64,000 bases of DNA from an uncultured bacterium. Its GTDB lineage: Bacteria; Acidobacteriota; Thermoanaerobaculia; Multivoradales; JAHZIX01. The translations under genes were made by a program, and so were the position numbers. The notes beneath the pieces are model-generated. The model ran no database searches. It saw only the letters and a list, made by a program, of their open reading frames with translations, and was not told the origin of the DNA. The DNA lies in contig CBDUPA010000023.1 in NCBI GenBank assembly GCA_965368975.1, forward strand, positions 28,332 through 92,331, read 5' to 3'. Below, one piece after another: positions 50,598 to 61,342 of this stretch (the first letter of the stretch is position 1; every line of letters begins with the position of its first letter).

Positions 50598-50840
50598 GTC
50601 GGCAGGTCTCCTGGCTTCCGGATCACCCTACTCCCGGACCTTCCCACGCGGTCAACCCCCCGTATGGATGGGATCGTGCCGCGCAGTGGCTTGCCGCTGG
50701 CGCATCCTTGCCGTCTGGCTAGGTGGGCGAACGGCTCCGGTTTCGTCCTCGGTTACAGTGGCGGGGGCCGCGCCGGAATTGCACCGGCTTCCCTTTTGGA
50801 CCCAGGCTCGGGCGAGCTGAGGCTGGATCACCGCACCGCG
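50598..50840 (-). ncRNA. Cobalamin (AdoCbl) riboswitch
   Basis: Minus strand reads AAAAGGGAAGCCGGTGCAATTCCGGCGCGGCCCCCGCCACTGTAA...GCCACTG...GGGAAGG...AGCCAGGAGACCTGCC (B12 box). 5' boundary approximate. Confidence 0.93.
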
Positions 50841-50897
50841 ATGGGTTGAACCCGCCGAAGCGGGTTCGTGCAGTGTACTGCAGATCGGGTCGCTACG

Positions 50898-51449
50898 TCA
50901 GGAGCCGCCGTCGTCACCGCTGGAGGTGTACGAGGTGAAGGACGCGCTGCTTTGCGTGAAGCCGCTGGCGCTGAAGCCGGCGCCGCCGGCCTGACCCGGC
51001 TGCACGAACTGCCGGACGGTGTTGTCGCTCTCCTGACTTTGGGCGCGTTCCTGCGCTTCCATCAGGCGCTCTAGCGGGTCGCGGCTGCTGCGCTCGCGCT
51101 CGGCTTCTTCCTCTTCCTCGGTGGGCGCGTCGTTGAACGACAGGCCGAGGAAGACGGTCTTCTCATCGATCACCTGGCCGAGACGTCGACGTTCGACCTC
51201 GAAGACCACCAGCTTGATGTCTTCCTGCGGAATGGCCATCCAGCTGCCGGTTTCAGTCAGCACCATCACCATGGTGCGGTCCCAGCTGGCTTCCCGCGGC
51301 TGGCGCAGCGTGCCGATCTCGGAGCCGTTGTGCAATTGGATCGTGTACTGCGCAGCGCTGGCGGCATCGGCCAGCAGCAGGCTGGCGATCAGGGCACCGG
51401 CGACGAGCAGGGAGGAGCGCAAGCGTGAGGGCATCAATGAGCTGGTCAT
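50898..51449 (-). CDS. Secreted hypothetical protein
   Basis: Signal peptide LLVAGALIASLLLADAASA, then YTIQLHNGSEI and an acidic tail. Confidence 0.65.
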   Translation of the reverse strand: MTSSLMPSRLRSSLLVAGALIASLLLADAASAAQYTIQLHNGSEIGTLRQPREASWDRTMVMVLTETGSWMAIPQEDIKLVVFEVERRRLGQVIDEKTVFLGLSFNDAPTEEEEEAERERSSRDPLERLMEAQERAQSQESDNTVRQFVQPGQAGGAGFSASGFTQSSASFTSYTSSGDDGGS

Positions 51450-51611
51450 GGGTTCTCCGGATCTTCCATTTGAGGCCGTGATCGAAGTAGATAGATAGTT
51501 TAACATAGTCCTTTGGGAGGCGCCCTGGTGTGTGTTGGGGAGAGGACGGTGAGCGGGTCAGTGCAACAGTCAGTGAAACGGTCAGTGCGGGGCGAGTGAT
51601 ACCGTGTGCCA

Positions 51612-52988
51612 ATGAACTACCAGACGATCAACCCGGCTACTGGCGAACTTGTCGCCTCCTTTCCTATCGCCTCTGACGCCGAGGTTGAGCGGGCTTTGAC
51701 GCGCGCTCAGGAGGCCTTCCGTCGCTGGCGCCGGGTGGCTGTTGATCAGCGGGCCGAGTTGTTGCTGCACATTGCGCAGGGCCTCGAGGACAAGGCTGCC
51801 GAGTATGGCCGCCTCATGGCGCAGGAGATGGGCAAGCCGCGGAGTCAGGGGGAGGCCGAGGTCGAGAAATGTGCCTGGGTTTGCCGCTACTACGCGCACA
51901 ATGCTAGAGATTTTCTGCACCAGCGTTGCGCGGAGTCGGACGGGAGCGAAGCGTACATACGTCATGATCCCCTGGGCCCGATCCTGGCCATCATGCCTTG
52001 GAACTTTCCCTTCTGGCAGGTTCTGCGCTTCGCGGCACCGGCCCTGGTGGCGGGGAACGCGGCGCTGCTCAAGCATTCTCCCAACACACCCCAGTGCGCG
52101 GAAGCCATCTCCGCACTCTTTCGGGAAGCGGGGCGCAGCGTTGGTGCTCCAGAGGGGCTGTTCCAGAATCTCTTCCTGAGCCATGAGCAGGCCGCTGACG
52201 TGATCGCTCACCGATACCTCCGCGGCGTTACCCTCACCGGCAGCACACGTGCCGGCAAGCAGGTAGCGAGCATCGCCGGGCAGCACCTCAAGAAGACCGT
52301 GCTGGAGTTGGGCGGGAGTGATCCGTTCATTGTCTTTGCCGACGCCGATCTGGACGCGGCGGTCGAGAAGGGGGTCTTCTCGCGTTGCCTGAACAGCGGC
52401 CAGAGCTGCATTGCCGCCAAGCGCTTCCTGGTCGCGGCGCAGATCCAGGAGGAGTTCACCGAGCGGCTGACGCACGCCATGGCGTCGCAGAAGGCCGGCG
52501 ATCCGATGGCTGACGGCACCGATCTCGGTCCGCTCGCCCGGCGGGACTTGCGCGACACCCTGGCCGAGCAGGTCGAGCGTGCCAAGAGTCAGGGTGCCAA
52601 GGTGCTCACTGGTGGCGAGATGCCCGACGGCGACGGCTTCTTCTATCCACCGACGGTGCTCACCGGCTTGTCTCCGCAGCAGCCGGCGGCGCAGGAAGAG
52701 CTCTTCGGTCCGGTCGCCACTATCTACCCCTTCGGTAGCGAAGACGAAGCTATAGCCGTCGCCAACGGAACGGCTTACGGCCTGGCGAGCAGTGTCTGGA
52801 CGCGGGATGCGCAGCGCGTCGAGCGGCTGGTCGCCGAGATCGATGCCGGTTCGGTGTTCATCAACGGCATGGCCAAGAGCGATCCGCGCCTCCCCTTCGG
52901 CGGCGTCAAGGACTCAGGCTACGGTCGCGAGTTGGGGCTCGATGGAGTCGCCGAGTGGGTGAATGTCAAGACCGTGTGGGTGGGCTGA
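51612..52988 (+). CDS. NAD(P)-dependent succinate-semialdehyde dehydrogenase (GabD1/Sad-like aldehyde dehydrogenase)
   Basis: [64 protein letters not shown]. Confidence 0.92.
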   Translation: MNYQTINPATGELVASFPIASDAEVERALTRAQEAFRRWRRVAVDQRAELLLHIAQGLEDKAAEYGRLMAQEMGKPRSQGEAEVEKCAWVCRYYAHNARDFLHQRCAESDGSEAYIRHDPLGPILAIMPWNFPFWQVLRFAAPALVAGNAALLKHSPNTPQCAEAISALFREAGRSVGAPEGLFQNLFLSHEQAADVIAHRYLRGVTLTGSTRAGKQVASIAGQHLKKTVLELGGSDPFIVFADADLDAAVEKGVFSRCLNSGQSCIAAKRFLVAAQIQEEFTERLTHAMASQKAGDPMADGTDLGPLARRDLRDTLAEQVERAKSQGAKVLTGGEMPDGDGFFYPPTVLTGLSPQQPAAQEELFGPVATIYPFGSEDEAIAVANGTAYGLASSVWTRDAQRVERLVAEIDAGSVFINGMAKSDPRLPFGGVKDSGYGRELGLDGVAEWVNVKTVWVG

Positions 52989-53006
52989 CGCAGGGGAGTT
53001 GGAGAG

Positions 53007-53083
53007 TGGTGCACCCGAGAGGATTCGAACCTCTGACCTACGGCTTCGGAGGCCGTCGCTCTATCCAACTGAGCTACGGGTGC
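53007..53083 (-). tRNA. tRNA-Arg(CCG)
   Basis: GCACCCGTAGCTCAGTTGGATAGAGC...ACGGC-CTCCGAA-GCCGT...GGTTCGAATCC...GGGTGCACCA. Confidence 0.95.
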
Positions 53084-53116
53084 AGGAGTGAAGAGGCGAC
53101 GCAGAGTGGGTCGGGA

Positions 53117-53193
53117 TGGCCTGCCTGGAGGGATTCGAACCCCCGACCCGCGGCTTAGAAGGCCGCCGCTCTATCCAGCTGAGCTACAGGCAG
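53117..53193 (-). tRNA. tRNA-Arg(TCT)
   Basis: CTGCCTGTAGCTCAGCTGGATAGAGC-GCGGC-CTTCTAA-GCCGC...GGTTCGAATCC...CAGGCAGGCCA. Confidence 0.95.
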
Positions 53194-53303
53194 CCTGGTC
53201 TACCGAATCAGAAGCACCCCTCGGGGAGGTACTGGCCGTCTGCTCGCGTCTCGTCGTGTGCCGTTTGCCGGGCCTGCCAGGCAGGTGACCCGCGGTGGAC
53301 AAA

Positions 53304-53377
<74 letters not shown>

Positions 53378-53392
53378 TCACGACGAAGGCAG

Positions 53393-53422
53393 AGTGTACA
53401 ACTGGCCCAGGGACGGTGTCAA
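53393..53422 (-). promoter_or_regulatory. Sigma-70 promoter of the tRNA cluster
   Basis: Minus strand TTGACA, 18-nt spacer, TACACT, ending about 15 bp before tRNA-Pro. Confidence 0.65.
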
Positions 53423-53471
53423 TCAGGTTTCACGGCGGCTTCGCAGCAGAAGGCGCCGCGAAGGTGGACAC

Positions 53472-53520
53472 AAAAACGCCCTCCGCCGTGCTTTTGCAAG
53501 CCGGTTCGGAGGGCGCTTTC
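53472..53520 (-). terminator. Probable terminator of the TonB-dependent receptor gene
   Basis: Inverted repeat CGCCCTCCG...CGGAGGGCG followed by TTTTT on the minus strand. Confidence 0.6.
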
Positions 53521-53553
53521 GCTCGTCAGCTCAAGAGCTGCTGGGGGTCGAAC

Positions 53554-55956
53554 TCAGAAGGTGAACGCGATGTGCCCGAGGGCGCGACGCTCCAGCAGGT
53601 CGCCGCCGAAGATCTGGTAGTGATCTTCGTCGAACAGGTTGCTGACGTTCAGGCCCAGCTCGATGTTCTCCGATACCTGGTAGGTGGCGGACAGATCGAC
53701 CAGATCGTAGGACAGGACCTCGCCCTGGAAGACGCCGGCGTTCCAGCCGAAGCTGTCGGAGTGCCGGTACTTGACGGCGGCGCTGAAGCCGTCGCCGATG
53801 TAGGACAGCCCCAGGCCGTACTGGTTCTCCGGCGCGTTGAGCAGGATCGGGTCCGCCGGCAGTTGCTGCTTGACCTCGATGTCACGCCAGGTGTACTGCG
53901 CGTCGAGCACCCAGTCGTGCGTCAGGTAGACGCTGAGCGCGATTTCCAGGCCATCGCTCTCCACCTCACCGAAGTTGGTGTAGGACACCGGGTAGAGCAG
54001 CGCTGTGCCATCCACCGGGCTGTTGGAGAGGAAGGCGTAGAGCGGCGCCAGCTGCGGGTTGGAAAGGAACACTGCCGCCAGCGTACCTTCGAGCTGCGCG
54101 GCCACAGGGGCGGGCAAGCCGGCCGGTGCCTGGTACGGACCGAAGTTCGGGTTGATCCGACCGAGGGTCGGGTTCACCGAGGTGATCAGGTCCGTGATGA
54201 AGTTCTCCATCTCGTTGTGGTAGTAGTCGATGGTCAGGAACGCCTTGCCACCCAGGATGCCGGAGTAGCCGATCTCGTAGGCGGTGACTTCCTCGATCTC
54301 GAGATCGTCATTGCCCAGGCCCAGGATCGGGATCGAGTCCAGGCCGCAAGTGACGCCGAAGGGCGTGCAAAAGCCGGCTTCGAGCGCGCCGAGCGCGTTG
54401 AGCGGTGGTGCCACCGCGGCACGTAGGAACAGTTCGTTGTACGCCGGAGCCTGGAAAGCTTCGCCGTAGTTGAGGCGGATGGTGTGGTTCGGGTGGGCGG
54501 CATAGACCAGCGCGACGCGGGGCGAGAACACTGAGTCGTGCAAGTTACTGTCGTCGTAGCGGCCGGCCAGAAGCACCTTCAGCTTATCGGTCAAGCTGTA
54601 CTCGATCTGGCCGAAGACACCTTCGAACTCACCCTTGACCGGCTGGAACATCAGAGTGCCCATCGAGTCGATCTCCTCTTCGCTGTAGGAGATACCACCG
54701 ACCAAGCGGCCGTTGCCGTCGGCGAAGTCGGTGTTGCCCTGGGCCTCGATGAGCCACTTGTTGGAGTCGAGCAGCAGTGGTGAGCCCGACTGCAGCGACT
54801 GCTGGTCGCCGTCGCGGTCGTTGTAGTAGCCCATGATGTTGAGGTGATCGGTGTTGAAGTTGGCACGCACGTAGGGACGCTCCGAGCTGCGAATCTGCAC
54901 GCGGCCAATGCCGGTGACGAATACCGGGCCCTCGACGTCGGACATGCCGGCGTCGACGGTCAGCGAGGCGCCGCCGTCGAAGTAGTGGTCCAGGCGCAGG
55001 CCGCCCACCAGGAGCTCGTTCTGGTCGGACTGCAGCGGGATCGCCTCGAAGGGCAGGCCCGGATACTCGACGCTCTGGTTGCGCGACAGCGAGAAGTCGT
55101 CGCCTTCAGTGTAGCCGGCGGTGATGCGGGCGAAGGTGTTGTCGCCCAGGGCGCCGGCGTAGCGGAAGTCACCACGCACCGTGCTCAGGTCGCCGCCGGT
55201 GAGCTTGAAGAAGCCGCCCTGGTTGTAGCGCGGCGCGCGCGTCACCATGTTGATGACGCCATTGAAGGCGTCGGCGCCGTAGAGCGCGGAACCCGGGCCA
55301 CGGATCAGCTCGACGCTCTCCAGCTCTTCGAGCGGGAAGGGCATCGACGACCACTCCTGGGCACCCAGGAAGGGGGCCGAGGGATCTCGGCCGTCGACCA
55401 GCACCAAGACCCGACGGTTCAGCGAACTGTTGAAGCCGCGGGTGTTGAAGTTGAAGTCGTAGACGCCGCTCTGCGTCGCTTCGGCACCCGCCGAGTGCTC
55501 GAGCAGCTTGGGCAGCTGGCCGTGGGAAGCTTCACGCTGGATCGCCTCGGTCGACACGGTCGTGATCGCGGCCGGAGCTTCGGTGATGCGCTCGGTGCGC
55601 CGCGAGGCCGAAGTCACGGTGATGGTCTCGATGAAGCTGACGTCCCAGTCCACCGTCAGATTCTGCGTCGTGGTACTGCCAGCAGTGACGTTGACCGTCT
55701 CGTTGGCGGTGTTGTCTCCGAGAGTGAACGTGATCGTGTGCTCTCCGGCTGGCGCGGTCAGCGAGTAGGCGCCGTTGACGTCCGTGACGTCTACTTCGGA
55801 TGAACCATCGAGGATGACGGCGACACCGCCGACACCGGTTCCGTCCGCCCGGGTGACCTGGCCGTCGATACGGCCGTTGCCTTGGGCCAGGACCGGCGCT
55901 GCGGTGAGCAGCAGGGCGAGCACGCCGACGGCAAGAAAGACGTACGCTTTTCTCAT
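53554..55956 (-). CDS. TonB-dependent receptor with N-terminal carboxypeptidase-regulatory-like domain
   Basis: Signal peptide, GRIDGQVT, ETITVTSASR, ELIRGPGSALYGADAFNGVIN, NLFDE, terminal F. GGAGG RBS before ATG 55956. Confidence 0.92.
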   Translation of the reverse strand: MRKAYVFLAVGVLALLLTAAPVLAQGNGRIDGQVTRADGTGVGGVAVILDGSSEVDVTDVNGAYSLTAPAGEHTITFTLGDNTANETVNVTAGSTTTQNLTVDWDVSFIETITVTSASRRTERITEAPAAITTVSTEAIQREASHGQLPKLLEHSAGAEATQSGVYDFNFNTRGFNSSLNRRVLVLVDGRDPSAPFLGAQEWSSMPFPLEELESVELIRGPGSALYGADAFNGVINMVTRAPRYNQGGFFKLTGGDLSTVRGDFRYAGALGDNTFARITAGYTEGDDFSLSRNQSVEYPGLPFEAIPLQSDQNELLVGGLRLDHYFDGGASLTVDAGMSDVEGPVFVTGIGRVQIRSSERPYVRANFNTDHLNIMGYYNDRDGDQQSLQSGSPLLLDSNKWLIEAQGNTDFADGNGRLVGGISYSEEEIDSMGTLMFQPVKGEFEGVFGQIEYSLTDKLKVLLAGRYDDSNLHDSVFSPRVALVYAAHPNHTIRLNYGEAFQAPAYNELFLRAAVAPPLNALGALEAGFCTPFGVTCGLDSIPILGLGNDDLEIEEVTAYEIGYSGILGGKAFLTIDYYHNEMENFITDLITSVNPTLGRINPNFGPYQAPAGLPAPVAAQLEGTLAAVFLSNPQLAPLYAFLSNSPVDGTALLYPVSYTNFGEVESDGLEIALSVYLTHDWVLDAQYTWRDIEVKQQLPADPILLNAPENQYGLGLSYIGDGFSAAVKYRHSDSFGWNAGVFQGEVLSYDLVDLSATYQVSENIELGLNVSNLFDEDHYQIFGGDLLERRALGHIAFTF

Positions 55957-56334
55957 GGAAGCCTCCTGCACTTTTGCTCCTGCGGTGCACACAGCGTGCA
56001 CTCGGATGTCTGGGTGCGTTTTGCGGGTTTGAGTCCCTAATCGAAGATCTGGAACCGCGCTCCGGAGCCGGTACCGGTCGAGGATTGCACTCGGGAGATG
56101 AAGATCTCCACATGCAGCCGAATCGTGTCTGTCTTTCGAGTGCGTATCGCCCGTCGGAGGTCCTCGCGATGTCCCATTGTCGTTACGCCGAAGCTTACAT
56201 TCGGGAGTCGGAGCTGTCCACGCCGCACTGCGGCGCTAAACTTCGTGAATGCCGCGACGCGGCGCTGTTCGGTTGGAGAGGGTGGAAACGAGCCGTAGGG
56301 GTGTTGCCGCGGCGCCAGCCTTGTGTCAGGCTTG

Positions 56335-57705
56335 ATGACCGTGCAAAGAAGAAATTTCGCCGTCATGGGTGCCGGTCAAGTGGGCTTCCAGCTTGCTCGC
56401 TCTTTGTCTCAGGAAGGGCACGACGTCACCGTTATCGAACCGGCCCGCGAGGCCCGTGAGCACGTCGCCGAGGAGCTGGACGTACGTGTTCTCGACGGCA
56501 ATGGAGCGCACGCACCGGTGCTCGAAGCGGCCCTCGGCAAGGGCTGTGAACTGTTCATGGCTGTGTCATCGGACGACGAGGCGAATCTCGCCGCCTCGGC
56601 GCTGGCCAAGCACCTGGGGGCTGCCCGCTGCGCGGTGCGGGTCGAGACCGCGGACGATGTGCTCAGTCACCGCCAGCTGTACGAGGATGTTTTCCAGGTC
56701 GATCTGCTGCTGTCGACGCAGCTGCTGACCACCACGCGCATCCTCAACCACGTGCGCGGTCTCAACACGGTGGCGGTCGAGCACTTCGCCGATGGCAAGG
56801 TGCAGCTGCGCAAGATCCACTTGGAAGAGAATTCACTGCTGACCCAGAAGCCGCTGAGCGACATCGACCTGCCGCGGGGGAGTCTGGTGGCCGCCTTTTT
56901 CCGCGGCGACGAAGCGATCATCCCGTCTGGCGAAGACCAAGCGCGTCCCGGTGACGAAGCTCTGATCCTAGGCAAGACGGATGTCATCAATCGCTTCGAG
57001 CGCATGGTCACGCGCCGGCCGGCGAGGCTGGGCGAACTGGTGATCGCTGGCGGCGGTGCCTACGGCCGTTTGCTGGCGCGTGCTGTCCAGGGCCTGGACA
57101 CGGCGGTCAAGCTGATCGAGCGAGATCGCCGACGGGCGCAAGAGCTGGCCGAAGAGTTTCCCGCGTACCAGATCCTGCACGGCGACGCTACCGACCTCAA
57201 CCTGTTCAAGGCTGAGCGTCTAGACCGGGCCCAAAGCCTGGTAGCGGTGACCGGGCACGACGAGAGCAACCTGATGGCGACGCTGCTGGCGCGCGAGCAG
57301 GGTGTAGAGGAAGTCGTGGCCTTGGTCGATCGGGCCGAGACGTCGCACCTGTGGAAACGCCTGGGCGGAGATTCGGTCGAGGTCTTCTCGCCCCGCGCGC
57401 TGGCCAACGAGCGCATCCACGAATACATCGACAGCGGCTACAGCTCGAACATCGTCTCCATGCGCCACGGTGCCGCGCAGGTACTGGAGCGTCGCCTCTA
57501 CCGCGCCAGCCCGGCCGCTGGCGTCACGCTGGCAGAGATGAACCCGCCGCGCGGTCTGATCGTCGGCGCGGTGGTGCGTGGCCACAAAGTCTTCGTCCCC
57601 GCCGGTCCCGACCGGCTGGAAGTAGGCGACCTGGTCATCCTCTTCGTGCGCGAAGAGGAGATGGACACCGTGCGTCTGCTGTTCCCTGGCCGGGATCGCT
57701 CCTAG
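56335..57705 (+). CDS. trkA: Trk potassium uptake regulatory subunit TrkA
   Basis: Two RCK_N (GAGQVG, GGGAYG) plus RCK_C domains, upstream of trkH. Confidence 0.92.
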   Translation: MTVQRRNFAVMGAGQVGFQLARSLSQEGHDVTVIEPAREAREHVAEELDVRVLDGNGAHAPVLEAALGKGCELFMAVSSDDEANLAASALAKHLGAARCAVRVETADDVLSHRQLYEDVFQVDLLLSTQLLTTTRILNHVRGLNTVAVEHFADGKVQLRKIHLEENSLLTQKPLSDIDLPRGSLVAAFFRGDEAIIPSGEDQARPGDEALILGKTDVINRFERMVTRRPARLGELVIAGGGAYGRLLARAVQGLDTAVKLIERDRRRAQELAEEFPAYQILHGDATDLNLFKAERLDRAQSLVAVTGHDESNLMATLLAREQGVEEVVALVDRAETSHLWKRLGGDSVEVFSPRALANERIHEYIDSGYSSNIVSMRHGAAQVLERRLYRASPAAGVTLAEMNPPRGLIVGAVVRGHKVFVPAGPDRLEVGDLVILFVREEEMDTVRLLFPGRDRS

Positions 57706-57720
57706 GACCCGAGGACACGC

Positions 57721-59265
57721 GTGCGAATCGGTCCAATCGACATCGGTCCCGCCAGTCGCATGCTCGGGCGACTCGTCCTGGTGCTGGCCGGTGCCCAGCT
57801 ACTGCCCCTTCTGTGTGCGCTGCTCTACGGTGAGGGGACCGCCGCCTGGTCCTTCGCCGGCGCGGCCGCCATCACCGCCCTGGCCGGCGGTGCCATGATG
57901 TTCTTCGGCCGCGGGCAGAAAGAACTCTATCGCCGCGAAGGCATTCTGATCGTCACGGGCGGCTGGTTCCTGGCGTCTGTCTTCGGTGCTTTGCCCTACG
58001 TGCTCAGCGGTGCCATTGCGCATCCCGTCGACGCGATCTTCGAGGCCGCCTCCGGCTTCACCACCACCGGCGCTTCGGTGCTCACCGACATTGCTGCCCT
58101 CGACCACGGCATTCTCTTCTGGCGCAGCTTCACGCAGTGGCTGGGCGGCATGGGCATCATCGTCCTCTTCGTCGCGCTGCTGCCGGAACTCGGCCCGGGT
58201 GCCCGCTTCCTCTACAAGCTCGAAGTACCCGGTCCGACCGCCGAGACGCTGAGCCCGCGCATCCGGGATACCGCGGCGGTGTTGTGGCGCCTGTACCTGG
58301 GCTTCACGGTGGTGCAGACCAGCCTGCTGTGGATCGGCGGCATGACCCTCTTCGACGCCCTGACCCACACCTTCGCGACCTTGTCGACCGGCGGTTTTTC
58401 ACCGCACAATGACTCGGTCGCCGGCTTCATGGACCAGCCCTGGCTGGTGATCGTGATCATCGTCTTTATGATCCTGGCAGGTGGCAACTTCTCGCTCTAC
58501 TACGGCTTGCGCTTGGTGCTGGCCAATCGCCCCAAACCGCTACCGGCCCTCGGCTGGCGCCTGCGCGTGTCTGGCTTCTTCCAGAGCCTGCGCTACGGCC
58601 TCCGGCGCATCGGTCGCGATCCGGAGTTTCGCCTCTACCTCTTGCTCATCTTCGGCGTCACCGCTGTGATCAGCGTCGACCTGGTGGTCGAGCAGGGGCA
58701 TCGCGATGTCTTCCGGGTCCTGCTCGACGCCTTGTTCCAGGTCAGCTCGCTGATCACCACCACCGGCTTCGCCACCGCCGACTACGACCTGTGGCCCAAC
58801 ATCTCGCGCATCCTGCTGGTGGCGCTGATGTTCGTCGGCGGCTGTGCCGGTTCGACGTCCGGTTCGATGAAGGTGATGCGCATGGTCATCGGCCTGCGCA
58901 GTGCGCTGCACGAGGTGCGATCGATCTTCAGCCCCAACACGGTGTCGGCCGTCTTCGTCGGCGGCAAGGCGGTGCCGGGCGCGGTGGTGCGCAGCGTCTC
59001 CGGTTTCTTCATCCTCTTTCTCACCGCCTGGGGCATCGGCACGCTCCTTCTGACGCTCGAAGGGAGCGATCTGGAGACCGCCGCCACCGCCTGCATCGCG
59101 ACCCTGGGCAACGTCGGTCCGGGCTTGAGTGACGTCGGTCCGACGCAGAACTTCGCCTTCTACAGCGCACCGGCCAAGTTGCTGATGGTGTTGCTGATGG
59201 TACTCGGCCGCCTGGAGGTGTACGCTTTGGCCGCCATCTTCCACCTGCGCTTCTGGCGCGATTAG
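57721..59265 (+). CDS. trkH: Trk potassium uptake membrane subunit TrkH
   Basis: SGFTTTGA, QWLGGMGII, TLSTGGFS, TTTGFAT, GGCAGSTSG, LGNVGPG, GRLE. Confidence 0.95.
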   Translation: MRIGPIDIGPASRMLGRLVLVLAGAQLLPLLCALLYGEGTAAWSFAGAAAITALAGGAMMFFGRGQKELYRREGILIVTGGWFLASVFGALPYVLSGAIAHPVDAIFEAASGFTTTGASVLTDIAALDHGILFWRSFTQWLGGMGIIVLFVALLPELGPGARFLYKLEVPGPTAETLSPRIRDTAAVLWRLYLGFTVVQTSLLWIGGMTLFDALTHTFATLSTGGFSPHNDSVAGFMDQPWLVIVIIVFMILAGGNFSLYYGLRLVLANRPKPLPALGWRLRVSGFFQSLRYGLRRIGRDPEFRLYLLLIFGVTAVISVDLVVEQGHRDVFRVLLDALFQVSSLITTTGFATADYDLWPNISRILLVALMFVGGCAGSTSGSMKVMRMVIGLRSALHEVRSIFSPNTVSAVFVGGKAVPGAVVRSVSGFFILFLTAWGIGTLLLTLEGSDLETAATACIATLGNVGPGLSDVGPTQNFAFYSAPAKLLMVLLMVLGRLEVYALAAIFHLRFWRD

Positions 59266-59277
59266 GAGAACATCGCC

Positions 59278-60678
59278 ATGGACGCTATCCACGCTTGGTT
59301 GCGGGCCGCCTCGGGCTTCGTCTGGGGCCCCTACCTACTGATTCCGCTGCTGCTGCTCACCGGCTTCTACCTCACCGTGAGGCTCAAGGGCCTGCAGTTC
59401 ACCAAGTTGTGGCACTCCCTGTGGGTAGCGTTGGTGGTGCGCAAGGAGAAGGGGGCCGAGGGCGACATCTCGCACTTCGAGGCCCTGATGACCGCGCTCG
59501 CCGCCACCGTTGGTACCGGTAACATCGTCGGCGTCGCCACCGCCATCGCGGCCGGTGGTCCTGGCGCGCTGTTCTGGATGTGGATGACTGGCCTGGTGGG
59601 GATGGCGACCAAGTACTCGGAAGCCCTGCTGTCCGTGAAGTTCCGCGTCACCGGTGAGGACGGCGAGCAGAGCGGCGGCCCGATGTACTACCTCAGCCGT
59701 GGATTGGCGGGGTCGTCCGGAAGTGGCTTCGGCCGCTTCCTCGGCGGCGCCTTCGCCCTCTTTGCCGCTGTCGCCGCCTTCGGCATCGGCAATATGGTGC
59801 AGTCGAACTCCGTCGCCGACGCCGTCAAGGGCTCCTTCGGCGTTCCGACCTGGGTCACCGGCCTGATCCTCGCCCTCGGCGCCGGCGCCGTCATCCTCGG
59901 CGGTATCCGCTCGATCGGCCGCTTCACCGGCGTCTTCGTGCCGGTCATGATCGTCGCCTACATGATCGGCTGCCTGCTGGTCCTGGCCCTGCACATCGAG
60001 CGCGTGCCGGAAGCTCTGCAAATGGTCTTCCGCGACGCCTTCACCGGCACCGCCGCTACTGGCGGCTTCGTTGGCGCCGCCGTTGCCCAGGCCATCCGCT
60101 TCGGCGTCGCGCGTGGCATCTTCTCGAACGAGAGCGGCCTCGGCTCCGCCGGTATCGCCGCCGCCGCCGCGCAGACCCGCGAACCCGTGCGGCAAGCGCT
60201 GGTGTCCATGACCCAGACCTTCATCGACACCCTCGTCGTCTGCTCCTGCACCGGCCTGGCCATCCTGTGCACCGACGCCTGGCAGCAAGTGGACGAAGCG
60301 GGTAACGCCCTCACTGGCGCCCTGCTCACCCAGACCGCCTTCAGCGACGGCCTGCCCGGCGACCTCGGCGGCCTGATCGTCACCGTCGGCCTGATCCTCT
60401 TCGCTTTCTCGACCATTCTCGGTTGGAGCTACTACGGCGAAAAGAGCATCAAGTACCTCTTCGGCGATGTCGCCGTGAAGCCCTACCGCTTCGCCTTCAT
60501 TTTCTTCGTCTTCTTCGGCGCCATCCGTAGCCTCGACTTCGTGTGGACGCTGTCCGACGTGATGAATGGCCTGATGGCGCTACCCAACCTGATCGGCCTG
60601 CTGCTGCTCAGCGGTGTGATCGTCAAGGAGACCAGGGATTTCTTCGCGCGGCAGAGGGCGGGGGAGGTCGGGGACTGA
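59278..60678 (+). CDS. Alanine/glycine:cation symporter (AGCS family)
   Basis: [54 protein letters not shown]. Confidence 0.93.
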   Translation: MDAIHAWLRAASGFVWGPYLLIPLLLLTGFYLTVRLKGLQFTKLWHSLWVALVVRKEKGAEGDISHFEALMTALAATVGTGNIVGVATAIAAGGPGALFWMWMTGLVGMATKYSEALLSVKFRVTGEDGEQSGGPMYYLSRGLAGSSGSGFGRFLGGAFALFAAVAAFGIGNMVQSNSVADAVKGSFGVPTWVTGLILALGAGAVILGGIRSIGRFTGVFVPVMIVAYMIGCLLVLALHIERVPEALQMVFRDAFTGTAATGGFVGAAVAQAIRFGVARGIFSNESGLGSAGIAAAAAQTREPVRQALVSMTQTFIDTLVVCSCTGLAILCTDAWQQVDEAGNALTGALLTQTAFSDGLPGDLGGLIVTVGLILFAFSTILGWSYYGEKSIKYLFGDVAVKPYRFAFIFFVFFGAIRSLDFVWTLSDVMNGLMALPNLIGLLLLSGVIVKETRDFFARQRAGEVGD

Positions 60679-60695
60679 GCTTGTTGCGTCTGCGA

Positions 60696-60725
60696 TTGCA
60701 TGCCCCTATTTCCCGGGTGTATAGT
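60696..60725 (+). promoter_or_regulatory. Sigma-70-like promoter for the Cys-rich peptide gene
   Basis: TTGCAT, 18-nt spacer, TATAGT. Confidence 0.45.
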
Positions 60726-60799
60726 GCGGTGATTCCCATCACTGGCTCTTGCGTCTCCGTGTGGAGGTCGCCCGAGCTACAACATTTGGAGGAGCAGGT

Positions 60800-61141
60800 A
60801 TGAAGAATCTCAAGTTCTATCTCTTGGCTGCCTTGGTTCTGTGCGCGGGTAGCTTCCTAGTCTTGAACTACAACGTTCAAGCTGAAACCGAAGTGCAGGT
60901 TGCGTCGGCGACTGACGTTGTCGAGCCGCTGTTCTTGGAATCGGCTGATGAGGCCATGTCATCCAAGATTCAAGCAGCTCCTGCGCCGGTTCGTCCGGCG
61001 GAGATCAAGCCGGTTCCTCTGGCTTGCGGTGCGGATAGCCACGCCGATTGCAAGGGCTTGAACCACGGCGATTCCTGTGGTGCGAACGGTCTCGGCACCT
61101 GCAACGCGTCGTACCCAACGGACGAGTGCCTCTGCATCTGA
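60800..61141 (+). CDS. Secreted prepropeptide with a C-terminal six-Cys core
   Basis: GGAGGAG RBS; signal MKNLKFYLLAALVLCAGSFLVLNYNVQA; acidic pro-region; core C-x7-C-x8-C-x7-C-x8-C-x-C-I. Confidence 0.8.
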   Translation: MKNLKFYLLAALVLCAGSFLVLNYNVQAETEVQVASATDVVEPLFLESADEAMSSKIQAAPAPVRPAEIKPVPLACGADSHADCKGLNHGDSCGANGLGTCNASYPTDECLCI

Positions 61142-61171
61142 AGCCTCTGGAGTAGAGCTTCGTGCTCGGAG

Positions 61172-61208
61172 GACGCCAGGCCGCTGCTGTCAGCCGCCTG
61201 GCGTTTTC
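61172..61208 (+). terminator. Rho-independent terminator after the Cys-rich peptide gene
   Basis: GACGCCAGGC...GCCTGGCGTT followed by a short T run. Confidence 0.6.
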
Positions 61209-61342
61209 ACGTTCTGGGAGTGCGAGTACGTTCCCGATCATCCCGGACCAGCATGCTAGACTTCGGGGCCATCCACTTGCCGACCATGCCGGGTCGGCCG
61301 CCTTGCAGCCGCGTAGGCCGCACATGAAGAGTCCTCCCATCG

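Noticed and set aside
50444-50647. N-terminal extension of btuB given in the track
   Set aside because: It runs into the riboswitch; the RBS and signal peptide indicate a start at 50443.
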